A stretch of DNA of 37,044 nt, from positions 1 through 37,044 of IMG/VR virus record IMGVR_UViG_3300045988_021519. One strand, written 5' to 3'. Under the pieces are notes generated by a model. It was not told the DNA's origin. It saw only the letters and a program-made list of their open reading frames with translations, and made no database searches. Position numbers and translations under genes: made by a program. Positions 1-8,769 of this stretch are shown in pieces. This DNA is from a virus. Position 1 is the first letter of the stretch, and each line of letters opens with the position of its first letter.

Positions 1-212
1 CAGCAGAAGCCAAGGCAGCAGAAGCCAAGGCAGCAGAAGCCAAGGCAGCAGAAGCAGCAGCAGAAGCCAAGGCAGCAGAAGCCAAGGCAGCAGAAGCCAA
101 GGCAGCAGAAGCCAAAGCAGCAGCAGAAGCCAAAGCAGCAGCAGAAGCCAAAGCAGCAGAAGAAGCCAAAGCAGCAGCAGAAGCCAAAGCAGCAGAAGAA
201 GAAGAAGAAGAA
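1..212 (+). repeat. Coding tandem repeat, 15-nt unit GCAGCAGAAGCCAAG (with 12/18-nt variants) ending in (GAA)6; continues from 36966..37044
   Basis: Direct reading shows near-perfect head-to-tail copies. Lys codons are AAG in proximal copies and AAA in distal ones. Bases 1-54 are identical to 36991-37044. Confidence 0.95.
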
Positions 213-401
213 CCCGAAACCGAAACAGATGTCACGACTTACACTATTGATGACTGTAAGTCGTGGGCGATGAAAGCGCTAAACGCTAAGAAACGCCCGA
301 TTGTACAGGAAGCTTTTGAAAGCGTAGGCGCGTCCAGTTTCCCGACGTTGAAGGAAGAGATGTTTAACGATTTTGTTGCATACATTTCAAGCCGTTTGTA
401 A
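1..401 (+). CDS. 3' part of an ORF that wraps around the window ends (5' part at 36729..37044); Ala/Glu/Lys repeat (AAEAK)n protein with a small C-terminal domain
   Basis: The frame is open from base 3 to TAA at 399-401. Translation is AEAKAAEAK...EEEEEEPETETDVTTYTIDDCKSW...YISSRL*. It joins exactly with the ORF left open at 37044 (g + ca = GCA). The stop overlaps the next start (TAATG). Absent from the ORF track because it crosses the window edge. Confidence 0.75.
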   Translation, partial: AEAKAAEAKAAEAKAAEAAAEAKAAEAKAAEAKAAEAKAAAEAKAAAEAKAAEEAKAAAEAKAAEEEEEEPETETDVTTYTIDDCKSWAMKALNAKKRPIVQEAFESVGASSFPTLKEEMFNDFVAYISSRL

Positions 402-1564
402 TGGGACACGCAGATAGAGACCACGCGATTCTATCGCCGAGTAGCGCGAAACGATGGGTACATTGCACTCCATCGGCGCTACTAGCGGAAGCCGCAGGCA
501 GCAAGTCAAGCGTTTACGCCGAAGAGGGCACTCTAGCACACGAAATAGCCGAATATGCTTTGATGCAGTACCTAAACGGATCATACGATCCGATCATAGA
601 CGAGGAGTTGCCAATCAAGGATGAGCACCTTAAAAACCCACTGTTTAGTATTGACATGGCGAATTACATTCGCGACTATTGCGATTACGTTATCGGTGAA
701 GGTTACGAGATGCAGAAGGCGGACGGGTTGAGTAAAATGTTCCTAGAGCGTAAAGTAGACATTACCGATTATGCACCGGATTCGTTCGGATCGGTAGACG
801 TAACACTTGAATCATATCACACGATCCACATTATTGATTTGAAGTACGGCGCAGGCGTTAAGGTGACCGCCGATCACAACGAACAAATGATGTTATACGC
901 TTTGGGAGCTTTGAAGGCAGCAGCGTCGAAGGGCATAACCAATATTCGAATGACGATCGCACAAGTCAGATTAGACCATTACGACACGTTCGAGATGTCA
1001 AAGGATGAGTTACTTGATTGGGCGGAAAAAGTCCTGAAGCCAGCCGCAAAAGCGGCAATACAGGGCAAAGGGAAACAGGTTATTGGGAGTTGGTGCGGTT
1101 TTTGCCCGGTTAAGGCCCAATGCAGGGCGCAACGTGACGCAATACTTGCAGACTTCGACGAAAAGCCCGAGCCTCTTCTATTGTCTGATGAAGAAGTGAC
1201 AGACCTTATCGGTAAGATCGACACGTATAAGAGCTGGATAGAATCAGTAAATAAGTACGTCTACGATAGAGCGATACAGGGCTATAAATGGGAGGGTTAC
1301 AAGCTAGTTGCAGGTAGAACCAGCCGAGTTATCAAGGACGAGGCAAAGATACGCCAAGCACTCCTAAACGAGTTCCTAGAGGACGAAGTACTAAACATCA
1401 AGCTAAAGGGTATCGGAGATCTTGAAAAACTGTTAGGTAAAAAGGTATTTAGCGCGAGGTTTGGAGACGCAATCGAATCGCGACCCGGCGCACCTAAACT
1501 AGTACCGGAATCTGCTAAGGGTGTAGAATATAGCCCGCTTTGCGACTTTGACATTGAAGGCTAA
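401..1564 (+). CDS. PD-(D/E)XK exonuclease, Cas4/RecB-like with Fe-S cysteines (DUF2800-type)
   Basis: 387-aa ORF. It has an IIDLKYG (D-x-K) nuclease core, an N-terminal Cys (WVHCTPS) and a C-terminal C-x2-C-x5-C (WCGFCPVKAQC), as in Cas4-type nucleases. It is the first gene of a DUF2800/DUF2815/PolA/VirE cassette. Confidence 0.85.
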   Translation: MGHADRDHAILSPSSAKRWVHCTPSALLAEAAGSKSSVYAEEGTLAHEIAEYALMQYLNGSYDPIIDEELPIKDEHLKNPLFSIDMANYIRDYCDYVIGEGYEMQKADGLSKMFLERKVDITDYAPDSFGSVDVTLESYHTIHIIDLKYGAGVKVTADHNEQMMLYALGALKAAASKGITNIRMTIAQVRLDHYDTFEMSKDELLDWAEKVLKPAAKAAIQGKGKQVIGSWCGFCPVKAQCRAQRDAILADFDEKPEPLLLSDEEVTDLIGKIDTYKSWIESVNKYVYDRAIQGYKWEGYKLVAGRTSRVIKDEAKIRQALLNEFLEDEVLNIKLKGIGDLEKLLGKKVFSARFGDAIESRPGAPKLVPESAKGVEYSPLCDFDIEG

Positions 1565-1600
1565 CAGAAGTTAAAAAACAATTAAAGAATGCATAAATGG

Positions 1601-1630
1601 TTTGAAGTTTAAAATAAAGCAATATCTTTG
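1601..1630 (+). promoter_or_regulatory. Bacteroidota-type promoter (-33 TTTG, -7 TATCTTTG)
   Basis: TTTG at 1601-1604, an 18-nt spacer, then TATCTTTG at 1623-1630, about 30 nt upstream of the ATG at 1661. Confidence 0.55.
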
Positions 1631-1660
1631 AACCGAAAACAAATTAAAATCTTAAAAATT

Positions 1661-2227
1661 ATGAGTAGAAAATTGATTTTAAAAAACGTACGTTTCTCTT
1701 ATGTAAGAGTTTTCGAGGCAGAACAATTCAATGGGGTAGGTGATTTTCATTACAGTGTTGTTCTTCTGATCCCCAAAACAGACGCCGCCCTGGTTAAGCA
1801 AATTAATGATGCGGTTAAGGCAGAAGCGCAGGAATATTTTGCGAAAGATCCGAAATTTAAGGGACGTGTGCCGGAAAATTACAAAAGCCCTTTAAAGGAT
1901 GGCGACGCGCCGGAGAAAGAAGGACAAGCCGGATTTGAAGGTATGTACTACATTACCGCGAAAAGAAAAGAGGAACACGGGCAACCGATTGTAATTGACA
2001 AGGGTAAACGCCCGATCACAGTGAAGGAAGATATGTATTCTGGCTCTTGGGGCGTGGCTTCCATCTCAATTTACGGTTACAATATGAGCGCCGACAACCG
2101 CGGTATATCAGCCGGATTGAACGGAATTCAGAAAGTAACCGATGACGATAGACTGGACGGCGGATCAAGCGTCAATGACTTCGAAGATTTGAGCGATGAA
2201 AACGACGGTCTGGCAGACTTCAACTAA
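1661..2227 (+). CDS. DUF2815-family phage ssDNA-binding-like protein
   Basis: The track ORF starts at TTG 1628, inside the -7 box, so ATG 1661 (MSRKLILKNVRFSYVRVFE...) is the likely start. The N-terminal VRFSY..VFE signature, the acidic C-terminal tail (DFEDLSDENDGLADFN) and the position next to DUF2800 and PolA are typical of DUF2815. Confidence 0.75.
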   Translation: MSRKLILKNVRFSYVRVFEAEQFNGVGDFHYSVVLLIPKTDAALVKQINDAVKAEAQEYFAKDPKFKGRVPENYKSPLKDGDAPEKEGQAGFEGMYYITAKRKEEHGQPIVIDKGKRPITVKEDMYSGSWGVASISIYGYNMSADNRGISAGLNGIQKVTDDDRLDGGSSVNDFEDLSDENDGLADFN

Positions 2228-2305
2228 AACAATTATTTCAAGTATAAACAATTAAATTAATTATTAATCAATCTCGTTAAAACAAGTGTAAAATGATTCT
2301 CAAAA

Positions 2306-2335
2306 GCCGTGCCGAGTAGAAGCGGCACGGCTTTT
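2306..2335 (+). terminator. Rho-independent terminator/attenuator
   Basis: Stem GCCGTGCCG (2306-2314), loop AGTAGAAG, stem CGGCACGGC (2323-2331), followed by TTTT. Confidence 0.75.
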
Positions 2336-2357
2336 AACTTTAAAAACCCCTAAAAAC

Positions 2358-4358
2358 ATGAAACCAATTTATATAGATTTTGAAACATTTTCAAGCGAAG
2401 ACATTAAGAGCGGCGGCGCGTACAGATATACGCAATCGCCGGACTTCGAAATACTCTTAATAGGTTATGCGATCGAGGACGGAGACGTTAATATTATTGA
2501 TATGACGCAGCCCGGATCGATCATAAAATTTGCCGCTTTCGTTCGCCTCATATCTTTGCCGCAATATACGATAGTGGCACACAACGCCCAATTTGAACGC
2601 CTGTGTTTGAAGGCGTATAAGGTAGACATTCCCGCGGATCGCTTCATGTGTACCGCGACATTGGCGTTATATGCAGGATTCCCCGAAAGCTTGGGAAACC
2701 TTTCCAAAGCCCTTGATCTGAAAGAGGGTAAAAAGGGTACAGGGCTAGCCCTTATAAAGTTCTTTTGCCAATACCAAAGACCCAACAAAGCGAACCCGGA
2801 AGAGTACCGTAACCGCCCGGAAGACTACCCGGACAAATGGGAGGAATTTATAGATTACCTACGTTATGATGTCTTATCAGAACGTGAAGCACTGGCACGC
2901 CTAGACTATTGCAAGTTCCCACAGTCGGAAATAGACCTGTACCGGCTGGATCAGGACATTAACGACAACGGTATAGCCGTAGACATGGAACTAGCGGAAC
3001 GGGCGGACGCTCTCAACGAAGAGTTTTGCGAGGAGCTGAAGAACCGGATTAAGACGAAGTACGGCATATCCTCTTTAAAGTCCACAATGCAATTAAAGGA
3101 CTTTGTTCTAATCAATACTGGAAAGTCTTTCGATTCATTCCGTAAAGAGGACATAGAGCAGATTATGCAGGAGTGCGACAACGAACGAGTAGACGAGGTA
3201 CTGAACGCCCGAAAGATCATAAACAAAACTAGCAACGCCAAATATACCGCGATGCGCAATTGTGTGTGCTTCGACGGACGGGTACATGGTTTGTACCGTT
3301 TCTATGGCGCGGGCCGTACTGGACGATGGGCGGGTAGGCTAGTCCAAATGCAGAACCTACCGCGTAACTACATACACGACCTTGACGGCGCACGTGATAA
3401 TGTTAAACACATGTGTTTGGCAGACTTTGAAACGTTTTGGGGAAATGTGCCCGACACGTTATCACAGCTTATCAGAACAACGTTTGTAGCCCCCGCTGGC
3501 ACCGTATTCCATGTCGCCGATTATTCGGCTATTGAAGCCCGCGTACTGGCGTGCCTGTGTCGTGAAGATTGGCGTATTGAAGCGTTCCGCAACGGTAAAG
3601 ATATATATGTAGTGTCCGCAAGTATGACGTTCAGTTTGCCCGAGGATCAATGCGGAAAAGGCACCCATTACCGCCAACAGGGTAAAGTAACAGAGCTGGC
3701 TCTAGGTTATGAGGGTTGGATAGGCGCTATGTCTAATATGGACTACGAGAAGGCAATTGACCCGGCGTTGTACAAGGATATTATATTGAGATGGCGCGAC
3801 GCTTCTCCACGAATAGTTGAATTTTGGGGGGCCCTGGACAGCCGTGCTAAACTCTGTATTCGTAACAAGAAAGACGTGGAGGTTATCCGGTACGGCGTAC
3901 ACGTTTGTACATTTCAATGGTTTAAAGAAAACAATTCTCTAGCAATTTTATTACCTTCGGGCCGTCGTTTGTTTTACCCGTTTTGCCGGATCGCTACGAA
4001 AAGCGTGAACGGACGAGACAGGGAGGTTATAACGTACAAGGGTCAAGACCTTACCGGAAAATGGGCAGACCTAGACACATATGGCGGAAAGCTAACCGAA
4101 AATATAACGCAAGCAGTCAGCCGTGACCTATTGGCATACGGCATGCAGGAGATTGTAAAACGTTACCCGGCTGTTAAAATCGTGGGACATATCCACGACG
4201 AGACGGTAAACGAAGTACCTTTAGATGATTTTGGCGAGCCAACTGTTTCGCTAGCAGAGATTTGCGAAGCTATGGCAGTTACACCAAAATGGGCGGACGC
4301 TTTCGGTATTCCATTGAAGGCAGAAGGATTCACTAGTAATTATTATAAGAAAGATTAA
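2358..4358 (+). CDS. Family A DNA polymerase with N-terminal 3'-5' exonuclease domain
   Basis: 666 aa. Exo I IYIDFET; motif A ADYSAIEARVLA; motif B RQQGKVTELALGYEG; motif C VGHIHDE. Confidence 0.95.
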   Translation: MKPIYIDFETFSSEDIKSGGAYRYTQSPDFEILLIGYAIEDGDVNIIDMTQPGSIIKFAAFVRLISLPQYTIVAHNAQFERLCLKAYKVDIPADRFMCTATLALYAGFPESLGNLSKALDLKEGKKGTGLALIKFFCQYQRPNKANPEEYRNRPEDYPDKWEEFIDYLRYDVLSEREALARLDYCKFPQSEIDLYRLDQDINDNGIAVDMELAERADALNEEFCEELKNRIKTKYGISSLKSTMQLKDFVLINTGKSFDSFRKEDIEQIMQECDNERVDEVLNARKIINKTSNAKYTAMRNCVCFDGRVHGLYRFYGAGRTGRWAGRLVQMQNLPRNYIHDLDGARDNVKHMCLADFETFWGNVPDTLSQLIRTTFVAPAGTVFHVADYSAIEARVLACLCREDWRIEAFRNGKDIYVVSASMTFSLPEDQCGKGTHYRQQGKVTELALGYEGWIGAMSNMDYEKAIDPALYKDIILRWRDASPRIVEFWGALDSRAKLCIRNKKDVEVIRYGVHVCTFQWFKENNSLAILLPSGRRLFYPFCRIATKSVNGRDREVITYKGQDLTGKWADLDTYGGKLTENITQAVSRDLLAYGMQEIVKRYPAVKIVGHIHDETVNEVPLDDFGEPTVSLAEICEAMAVTPKWADAFGIPLKAEGFTSNYYKKD

Positions 4359-4363
4359 TTAAC

Positions 4364-6754
4364 ATGGAAAAATACACCTTATCACTTGCAGGTTCTTCGG
4401 CGTCTCTGAAATGGAAGGCCGTACGCATGACTTGGGAAGCGTTTTTGGAAAGACTGGGAACGCCCGTTATCACTAACGAAACGGTACGCGAGTTCGATAG
4501 ACTGGACAAGCCTGCCAAATCGTCTTTGAAGGACGTAGGCGGATTCATGGCTGGCGAGCTTTCCGGTCCACAAAGACTTAAGAAAGCGGTTATGTCCCGC
4601 TCTATGATTACGCTAGATGTAGACTTTGGCGACGATCTTTTCCCGTTCGATTTTGCGGATCGCTTTCCGGGCGTAGCCGCTGCCGTCTACACTACTAGAT
4701 CAGACCGCCCCGGATCACGCCGTTACCGTCTTATCATGCCTTTCAAAGAAGAGGTTACAGACGTTACAATGTACGAAGCCGCGGCGCGTAAAGTAGCCGA
4801 GTTGTTAGGTATAGACCTATTCGATAAAACGACCTTCCAACCGGAACGTATGATGTACTGGCAATCTCTTTCCAAAGACCAAACAGGGCTTTTCGAAGTA
4901 TTCGAAGGCGAGCCGATCAGCGCGGAGTATCTAATAGGTTTGTACGGAGACAACGAAGAATGGCGCGACGTGCGCAAATGGGCGTTCCACTCCGAGACGG
5001 AACGTGATACCCGTTCTATCATTAGTAAAGAGATGGCGAAAGACCCCCGCGATAAAGAGGGCCTAGTAGGCGCGTTTTGTCGCTCGTACACGATACAGGC
5101 AGCAATAGACAAGTACCTTTCAGACGTTTACACAGAAGCAGAAAACGGCCGTTATACGTACGTTCTTGGATCGGGCGCTGCCGGGCTGGTAGTGTACGAC
5201 GACGTGCTTTGTTTTTCTCACCACTCAACCGACCCGATCGGAGACGGACACGCATACAACGCTTATGATTTGGTGCGTGTGCACAAGTTTGGGCACCTGG
5301 GTAAGGAAGACAGCACCCGCGAGATGAACAAGCTAATTTGCGCCGATAAAGAATGCGTTAAAGATATGGTAGCCGTGGACGATGATCTAGCCGACTTCGA
5401 GGAGTACACGGACGAGGTTAAGAGCGACGCACAGACCGCCGCCGAACTTGTTTGGGACTTGGACAGAAAAGGCGATAAATTATGTACCGTTCGCAACTTC
5501 GTTAATGCCTTCAAATGTGATCCGCTATTAAATGATCTGCTAGCATACGACTTGTTTCTCGATACGATCGTGTACACCCGTACGCCGTTCTTCTCGAAAA
5601 ACATAAAGAAGGGCGATATGTTGGACGACACAGCAGTAGCGATTATCCGTGGACGCATTGAGGTTTTGCACGGTATTTATAATGACAGCAAATTAAACGA
5701 CGCGTTGGAAAAGGTTTGCAGCGAAAATGCTTTCCATCCTATCAAAAAATATCTAGAGGCGCAAAGGTGGGACGGTGTGAAGCGTATTGATAATTTCTTG
5801 GTTGACTACATGGGCGCAGAGCCTAGTATATATGTTTCCGAGGCGTTCCGTAAAATGTTGGTTGCGGCTGTTACTAGAGTTTATGAGCCGGGCCACAAAT
5901 TTGATACGGCGCTTGTTATGTATTCAGGACAGGGCGCGGGAAAGTCCACGCTTATACAGGCGTTGTCTAAAGGATGGTTCAACGATTCATTAACGGACGT
6001 GTCCGGGCAGAAAGCGTATGAAGCAATACAGCATGCTTGGATCGTGGAGTTAGCCGAGTTGTCAGCCCTTCGCCGTTCGGACGTGGAAGCTACTAAGAAC
6101 TTCATAAGCAAACGTGAAGATACGTACCGTAGTGCATACGCCCGCCGGGTAAAGACACACCGCAGACAATGCGTATTTTTCGGGTCTACAAACGACGATG
6201 AGTTTTTGAAGGACAAGACCGGAAACCGCCGTTTCTTCCCGATAGAAGTTTGCGCCAACAAGAACACGCACAAGCTGTTTGAAAAGTCTTTTGAGGCGGT
6301 GGTAGACCAACTTTGGGCGGAAGCAATGGAACTGTACATGTTGGGCGAAAGTCTTGTTTTGTCTGACGAAGCCGAAGCGATCGCTAACGAAGGCCGCAAA
6401 GAATTTACAGAAGAAAGCCCGCTAGTAGGTATTATAGAGAACTATCTAGATAAGCTTTTCCCGGCTGACTACGAAGACCGCACCGAACAACAACGAGCCG
6501 ACTTCCTAGCGGGATCATTGGATGAGATCGGTGACACAGTTAAAAACGAGTTCTGTTTAATGGAGCTTTGGGTAGATGCCCTGGGGCGCAGGAAAGAAGA
6601 TTATACAAGCGCGAAGGGCCGCGAACTTGCAGCGGCTATGAGACAATTAGGCGGATGGTATAAAGGAAAGTTAAAAAGAACTAAATTATACGGCGTACAA
6701 GTAGTTTATATCCGGGAAAGAAGCAAGGAAAGCAAAAAATTACTATCTTTGTGA
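4364..6754 (+). CDS. Primase-helicase (N-terminal primase/polymerase-like domain, C-terminal VirE/D5-type P-loop NTPase)
   Basis: 796 aa. N-terminal acidic motif ITLDVDFGDD; Walker A YSGQGAGKST; Walker B-like WIVELAEL; downstream FFGSTND and GNRRFFPIEV, typical of VirE/D5-like helicases. Confidence 0.9.
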   Translation: MEKYTLSLAGSSASLKWKAVRMTWEAFLERLGTPVITNETVREFDRLDKPAKSSLKDVGGFMAGELSGPQRLKKAVMSRSMITLDVDFGDDLFPFDFADRFPGVAAAVYTTRSDRPGSRRYRLIMPFKEEVTDVTMYEAAARKVAELLGIDLFDKTTFQPERMMYWQSLSKDQTGLFEVFEGEPISAEYLIGLYGDNEEWRDVRKWAFHSETERDTRSIISKEMAKDPRDKEGLVGAFCRSYTIQAAIDKYLSDVYTEAENGRYTYVLGSGAAGLVVYDDVLCFSHHSTDPIGDGHAYNAYDLVRVHKFGHLGKEDSTREMNKLICADKECVKDMVAVDDDLADFEEYTDEVKSDAQTAAELVWDLDRKGDKLCTVRNFVNAFKCDPLLNDLLAYDLFLDTIVYTRTPFFSKNIKKGDMLDDTAVAIIRGRIEVLHGIYNDSKLNDALEKVCSENAFHPIKKYLEAQRWDGVKRIDNFLVDYMGAEPSIYVSEAFRKMLVAAVTRVYEPGHKFDTALVMYSGQGAGKSTLIQALSKGWFNDSLTDVSGQKAYEAIQHAWIVELAELSALRRSDVEATKNFISKREDTYRSAYARRVKTHRRQCVFFGSTNDDEFLKDKTGNRRFFPIEVCANKNTHKLFEKSFEAVVDQLWAEAMELYMLGESLVLSDEAEAIANEGRKEFTEESPLVGIIENYLDKLFPADYEDRTEQQRADFLAGSLDEIGDTVKNEFCLMELWVDALGRRKEDYTSAKGRELAAAMRQLGGWYKGKLKRTKLYGVQVVYIRERSKESKKLLSL

Positions 6755-6824
6755 TACCGAATTAAAACAATACTTTCTTTTCTAATTTTTAAGGTTAATA
6801 CTTTTAGGGTGGTTTTTCAGTTAA

Positions 6825-6860
6825 AAAGTCTTTCGTAGTGATACGCGAGACTTTATTTTT
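6825..6860 (+). terminator. Putative intrinsic terminator ending the early/replication operon
   Basis: Stem AAAGTCT (6825-6831) pairs with AGACTTT (6848-6854), with extra inner CG pairs, followed by ATTTTT. Confidence 0.5.
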
Positions 6861-6921
6861 GTTAATATACTAAAGTTTTTTGAGAAAAGTTTTGGTAGTT
6901 CATAATTAAGTCGTATCTTTG
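6861..6921 (+). promoter_or_regulatory. Bacteroidota-type promoter cassette, copy 1 (homologous to 35961..36021)
   Basis: TTTG 6891-6894, a 19-nt spacer, TATCTTTG 6914-6921. The 61 nt align without gaps to 35961-36021 at about 80% identity. Confidence 0.7.
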
Positions 6922-6960
6922 AAATGTCAAAAGGAAATAAACCAATTAAAAATTAGAATT

Positions 6961-7176
6961 ATGAAAACTAAAATTGAAGCATTAGAAAAGAACTTATCAA
7001 AAGTTGCAGGTGTAAATGTAGAAATAACTTTCGCACGAACCAATATGGTTACATTAGCATGGGACGGTGAAGATATAGAAGTGTTCAACCGCTTGCAAAA
7101 GTATTTTAAAGGGGTTCTTTTCGAATATGAATATGATGAAGAATGTGATATGTCAGTTTGTTGTTTAAGTATATGA
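6961..7176 (+). CDS. hypothetical early protein (71 aa)
   Basis: ATG 6961 follows the promoter leader. The TTG 6919 start in the track lies inside the -7 box/leader. The stop overlaps the next start (ATGA). Confidence 0.6.
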   Translation: MKTKIEALEKNLSKVAGVNVEITFARTNMVTLAWDGEDIEVFNRLQKYFKGVLFEYEYDEECDMSVCCLSI

Positions 7177-7457
7177 AACAGAATACAGGAAAACTAAGCG
7201 AGGCGGATTTAAAAGCCCGCCGCCGCTTTTGGAACAAGAAAGGATTTTTCGGAGAACCCGCAAAGAAACAACTCGAACGGGATTCAATGAAAATGCAGAA
7301 ACTAGTTAAGGCGTTGAAAACCTTTTCCCTCGAGGAAGTTAAGAGAATACGCGCTACGAAATACCCTGGTAAATTTTTCACCGATAATATGTACACAGTG
7401 TGGCGCGCTAGTGAATCAGATTTTAACCATGCAATATCAACCTTTAAAATATTTTAG
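7173..7457 (+). CDS. hypothetical basic protein (94 aa)
   Basis: ATG 7173 overlaps the previous stop (ATGA). The track version starts at an upstream TTG. Confidence 0.6.
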   Translation: MKQNTGKLSEADLKARRRFWNKKGFFGEPAKKQLERDSMKMQKLVKALKTFSLEEVKRIRATKYPGKFFTDNMYTVWRASESDFNHAISTFKIF

Positions 7458-7459
7458 TT

Positions 7460-7744
7460 ATGGATTTGGTAAGAAAAAAAATCGACGAGGAATTCGCTAG
7501 CAGCGAATACTGGGTAACAAAGCATATTATATGTGATTTGGAACTGAAGGCAATTAGGGTTAAGTGCACCGCTGACGAACTTTATATGGACGGCGAATAC
7601 TATTGGAGCTTAGATTACATTGTTAACGGTTACGCGGAAACTACCTATAATGAATATGTAGAATTTATGTATCGGCAAGCCGTAGAAACCGCGAAGCGAA
7701 TGGAGGAATTTTTGGGAGTTAAAATTAATATTTGGAGGTTCTAA
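7460..7744 (+). CDS. hypothetical protein (94 aa)
   Basis: ORF tightly packed, 2 nt after the previous stop. Confidence 0.6.
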   Translation: MDLVRKKIDEEFASSEYWVTKHIICDLELKAIRVKCTADELYMDGEYYWSLDYIVNGYAETTYNEYVEFMYRQAVETAKRMEEFLGVKINIWRF

Positions 7745-7745
7745 T

Positions 7746-7832
7746 ATGAAACAGTTTATAGTTTACACGTTTTGGGCGATCCTATTTGTATTATTCATTT
7801 TGTTGTGCTGCGAGCCAACAACTAATATTTAA
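7746..7832 (+). CDS. possible 28-aa single-pass membrane peptide
   Basis: ATG 7746 lies 1 nt after the previous stop. It encodes MKQFIVYTFWAILFVLFILLCCEPTTNI and is preceded by GGAGG. Too short for the track. Confidence 0.4.
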   Translation: MKQFIVYTFWAILFVLFILLCCEPTTNI

Positions 7833-7836
7833 AAGT

Positions 7837-8031
7837 ATGGTACAGATACTAAGAGCTAATATAGTAACCACAGCGGGAACTATTGTAAGAGACTACACAG
7901 AAGTAGCGGACGAACTAGGGGCCTACATGGTAGAGGATATAGAGGCGGAACGGCGGTATATCGCCGAGTGCCAGACCCGAATGGGATTTACGGTTAAGCG
8001 GGTTAATCTAACTTATGTAACGAAGGAATGA
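7837..8031 (+). CDS. hypothetical protein (64 aa)
   Basis: ATG 7837 (MVQILRANIV...). The longer track ORF starts at TTG 7786 and overlaps the small membrane ORF. Confidence 0.5.
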   Translation: MVQILRANIVTTAGTIVRDYTEVADELGAYMVEDIEAERRYIAECQTRMGFTVKRVNLTYVTKE

Positions 8032-8507
8032 TATTATATACTATTTTAGCGGCGGTACTTATCGCGATCGCCGTGTATTATCCAATTAAACTTATAAAAT
8101 TTTATTGTATGGAAAGTACTGAACAGGCCTTGAAGGCCAAAATTACACGGGACTTAAGAGAAGGGAAAGTTTCCCGTAACCTTATTTGGCTGACAATCGG
8201 CGCGGGTGGTTTGCGTCTAACGCGTAACCAACTGGACGTTATTTTCGAATGGATGGCTCAGAATACGAACGCGTGGAGTGTAAGATCAGATAAGCGTTTT
8301 ATGGTGGTGTTTGCGCGCTCTCCATTCCACCCGGAAGAGTGGGACGATTATGAGGACTACAAATGTGTTATGCGCCTAATGTTCGACGGGTTCGGAACTT
8401 ATGACTTTCTAACCGCCCGTACCACCGAGGTCGAATCATACCGGATTATGAAAGACCTAGCCACGGAAATGACAGAAACTTTATTAAAAGAATATAGCAA
8501 TGAGTAA
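8028..8507 (+). CDS. hypothetical membrane-anchored protein (159 aa)
   Basis: ATGA overlap with the upstream gene. It has an N-terminal hydrophobic helix (ILYTILAAVLIAIAVYYPI). Confidence 0.65.
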   Translation: MILYTILAAVLIAIAVYYPIKLIKFYCMESTEQALKAKITRDLREGKVSRNLIWLTIGAGGLRLTRNQLDVIFEWMAQNTNAWSVRSDKRFMVVFARSPFHPEEWDDYEDYKCVMRLMFDGFGTYDFLTARTTEVESYRIMKDLATEMTETLLKEYSNE

Positions 8508-8769
8508 CAAGAAAAAATTAAAGTCGCGCGATGGTGCGACCCGGATCACACCAGATAAGAGTGTAGGGTATTTTTGCGGTATGTATAAGCTGCAAATGTA
8601 TACTAAGGATACCCTATCGTGGAGCGATATAGAAGGGTGCACAGAATTGACGTGGGCAGAAGCCGTAACAGCTAGGAAAAACTTCGTAGCACTGCGGAAC
8701 GCGTGCAAAGTGACTAACGGGGCTTCGCTCCATATTAACGTACCCGCAAATGGATCCTACGGAAACTAG
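8500..8769 (+). CDS. hypothetical protein (89 aa)
   Basis: The ORF overlaps its neighbours by 8 and 20 nt and fits the operon frame pattern. Confidence 0.55.
   Translation: MSNKKKLKSRDGATRITPDKSVGYFCGMYKLQMYTKDTLSWSDIEGCTELTWAEAVTARKNFVALRNACKVTNGASLHINVPANGSYGN

Noticed and set aside
1628-1660. Longer N-terminal extensions in the ORF track that start at TTG/GTG (1628, 6919, 7158, 7786, 16114, 18208)
   Set aside because: The extensions run through promoter -7 boxes or leaders, or overlap the upstream gene. In each case an ATG with typical coupling or leader spacing lies just downstream, and the homologous leader at 9131 is closed in that frame.
5881-6399. 172-aa minus-strand ORF inside the primase-helicase gene
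   Set aside because: It is fully embedded antisense to a gene with clear Walker motifs. The translation looks random and Ser/Ala-rich, which is typical of a shadow ORF.
6924-6956. A 10-codon upstream ORF (MSKGNKPIKN) present in both copies of the duplicated 44-nt leader (also 9137-9169), each ending in a stop just past the identical segment
   Set aside because: With the -7 box ending at 6921/9134, the expected transcription start falls at or just past the ATG of this mini-ORF, so it is probably not in the mRNA. Because the two copies are identical, peptide and RNA/DNA constraint cannot be separated. Worth revisiting only if 5'-end mapping places the start upstream.
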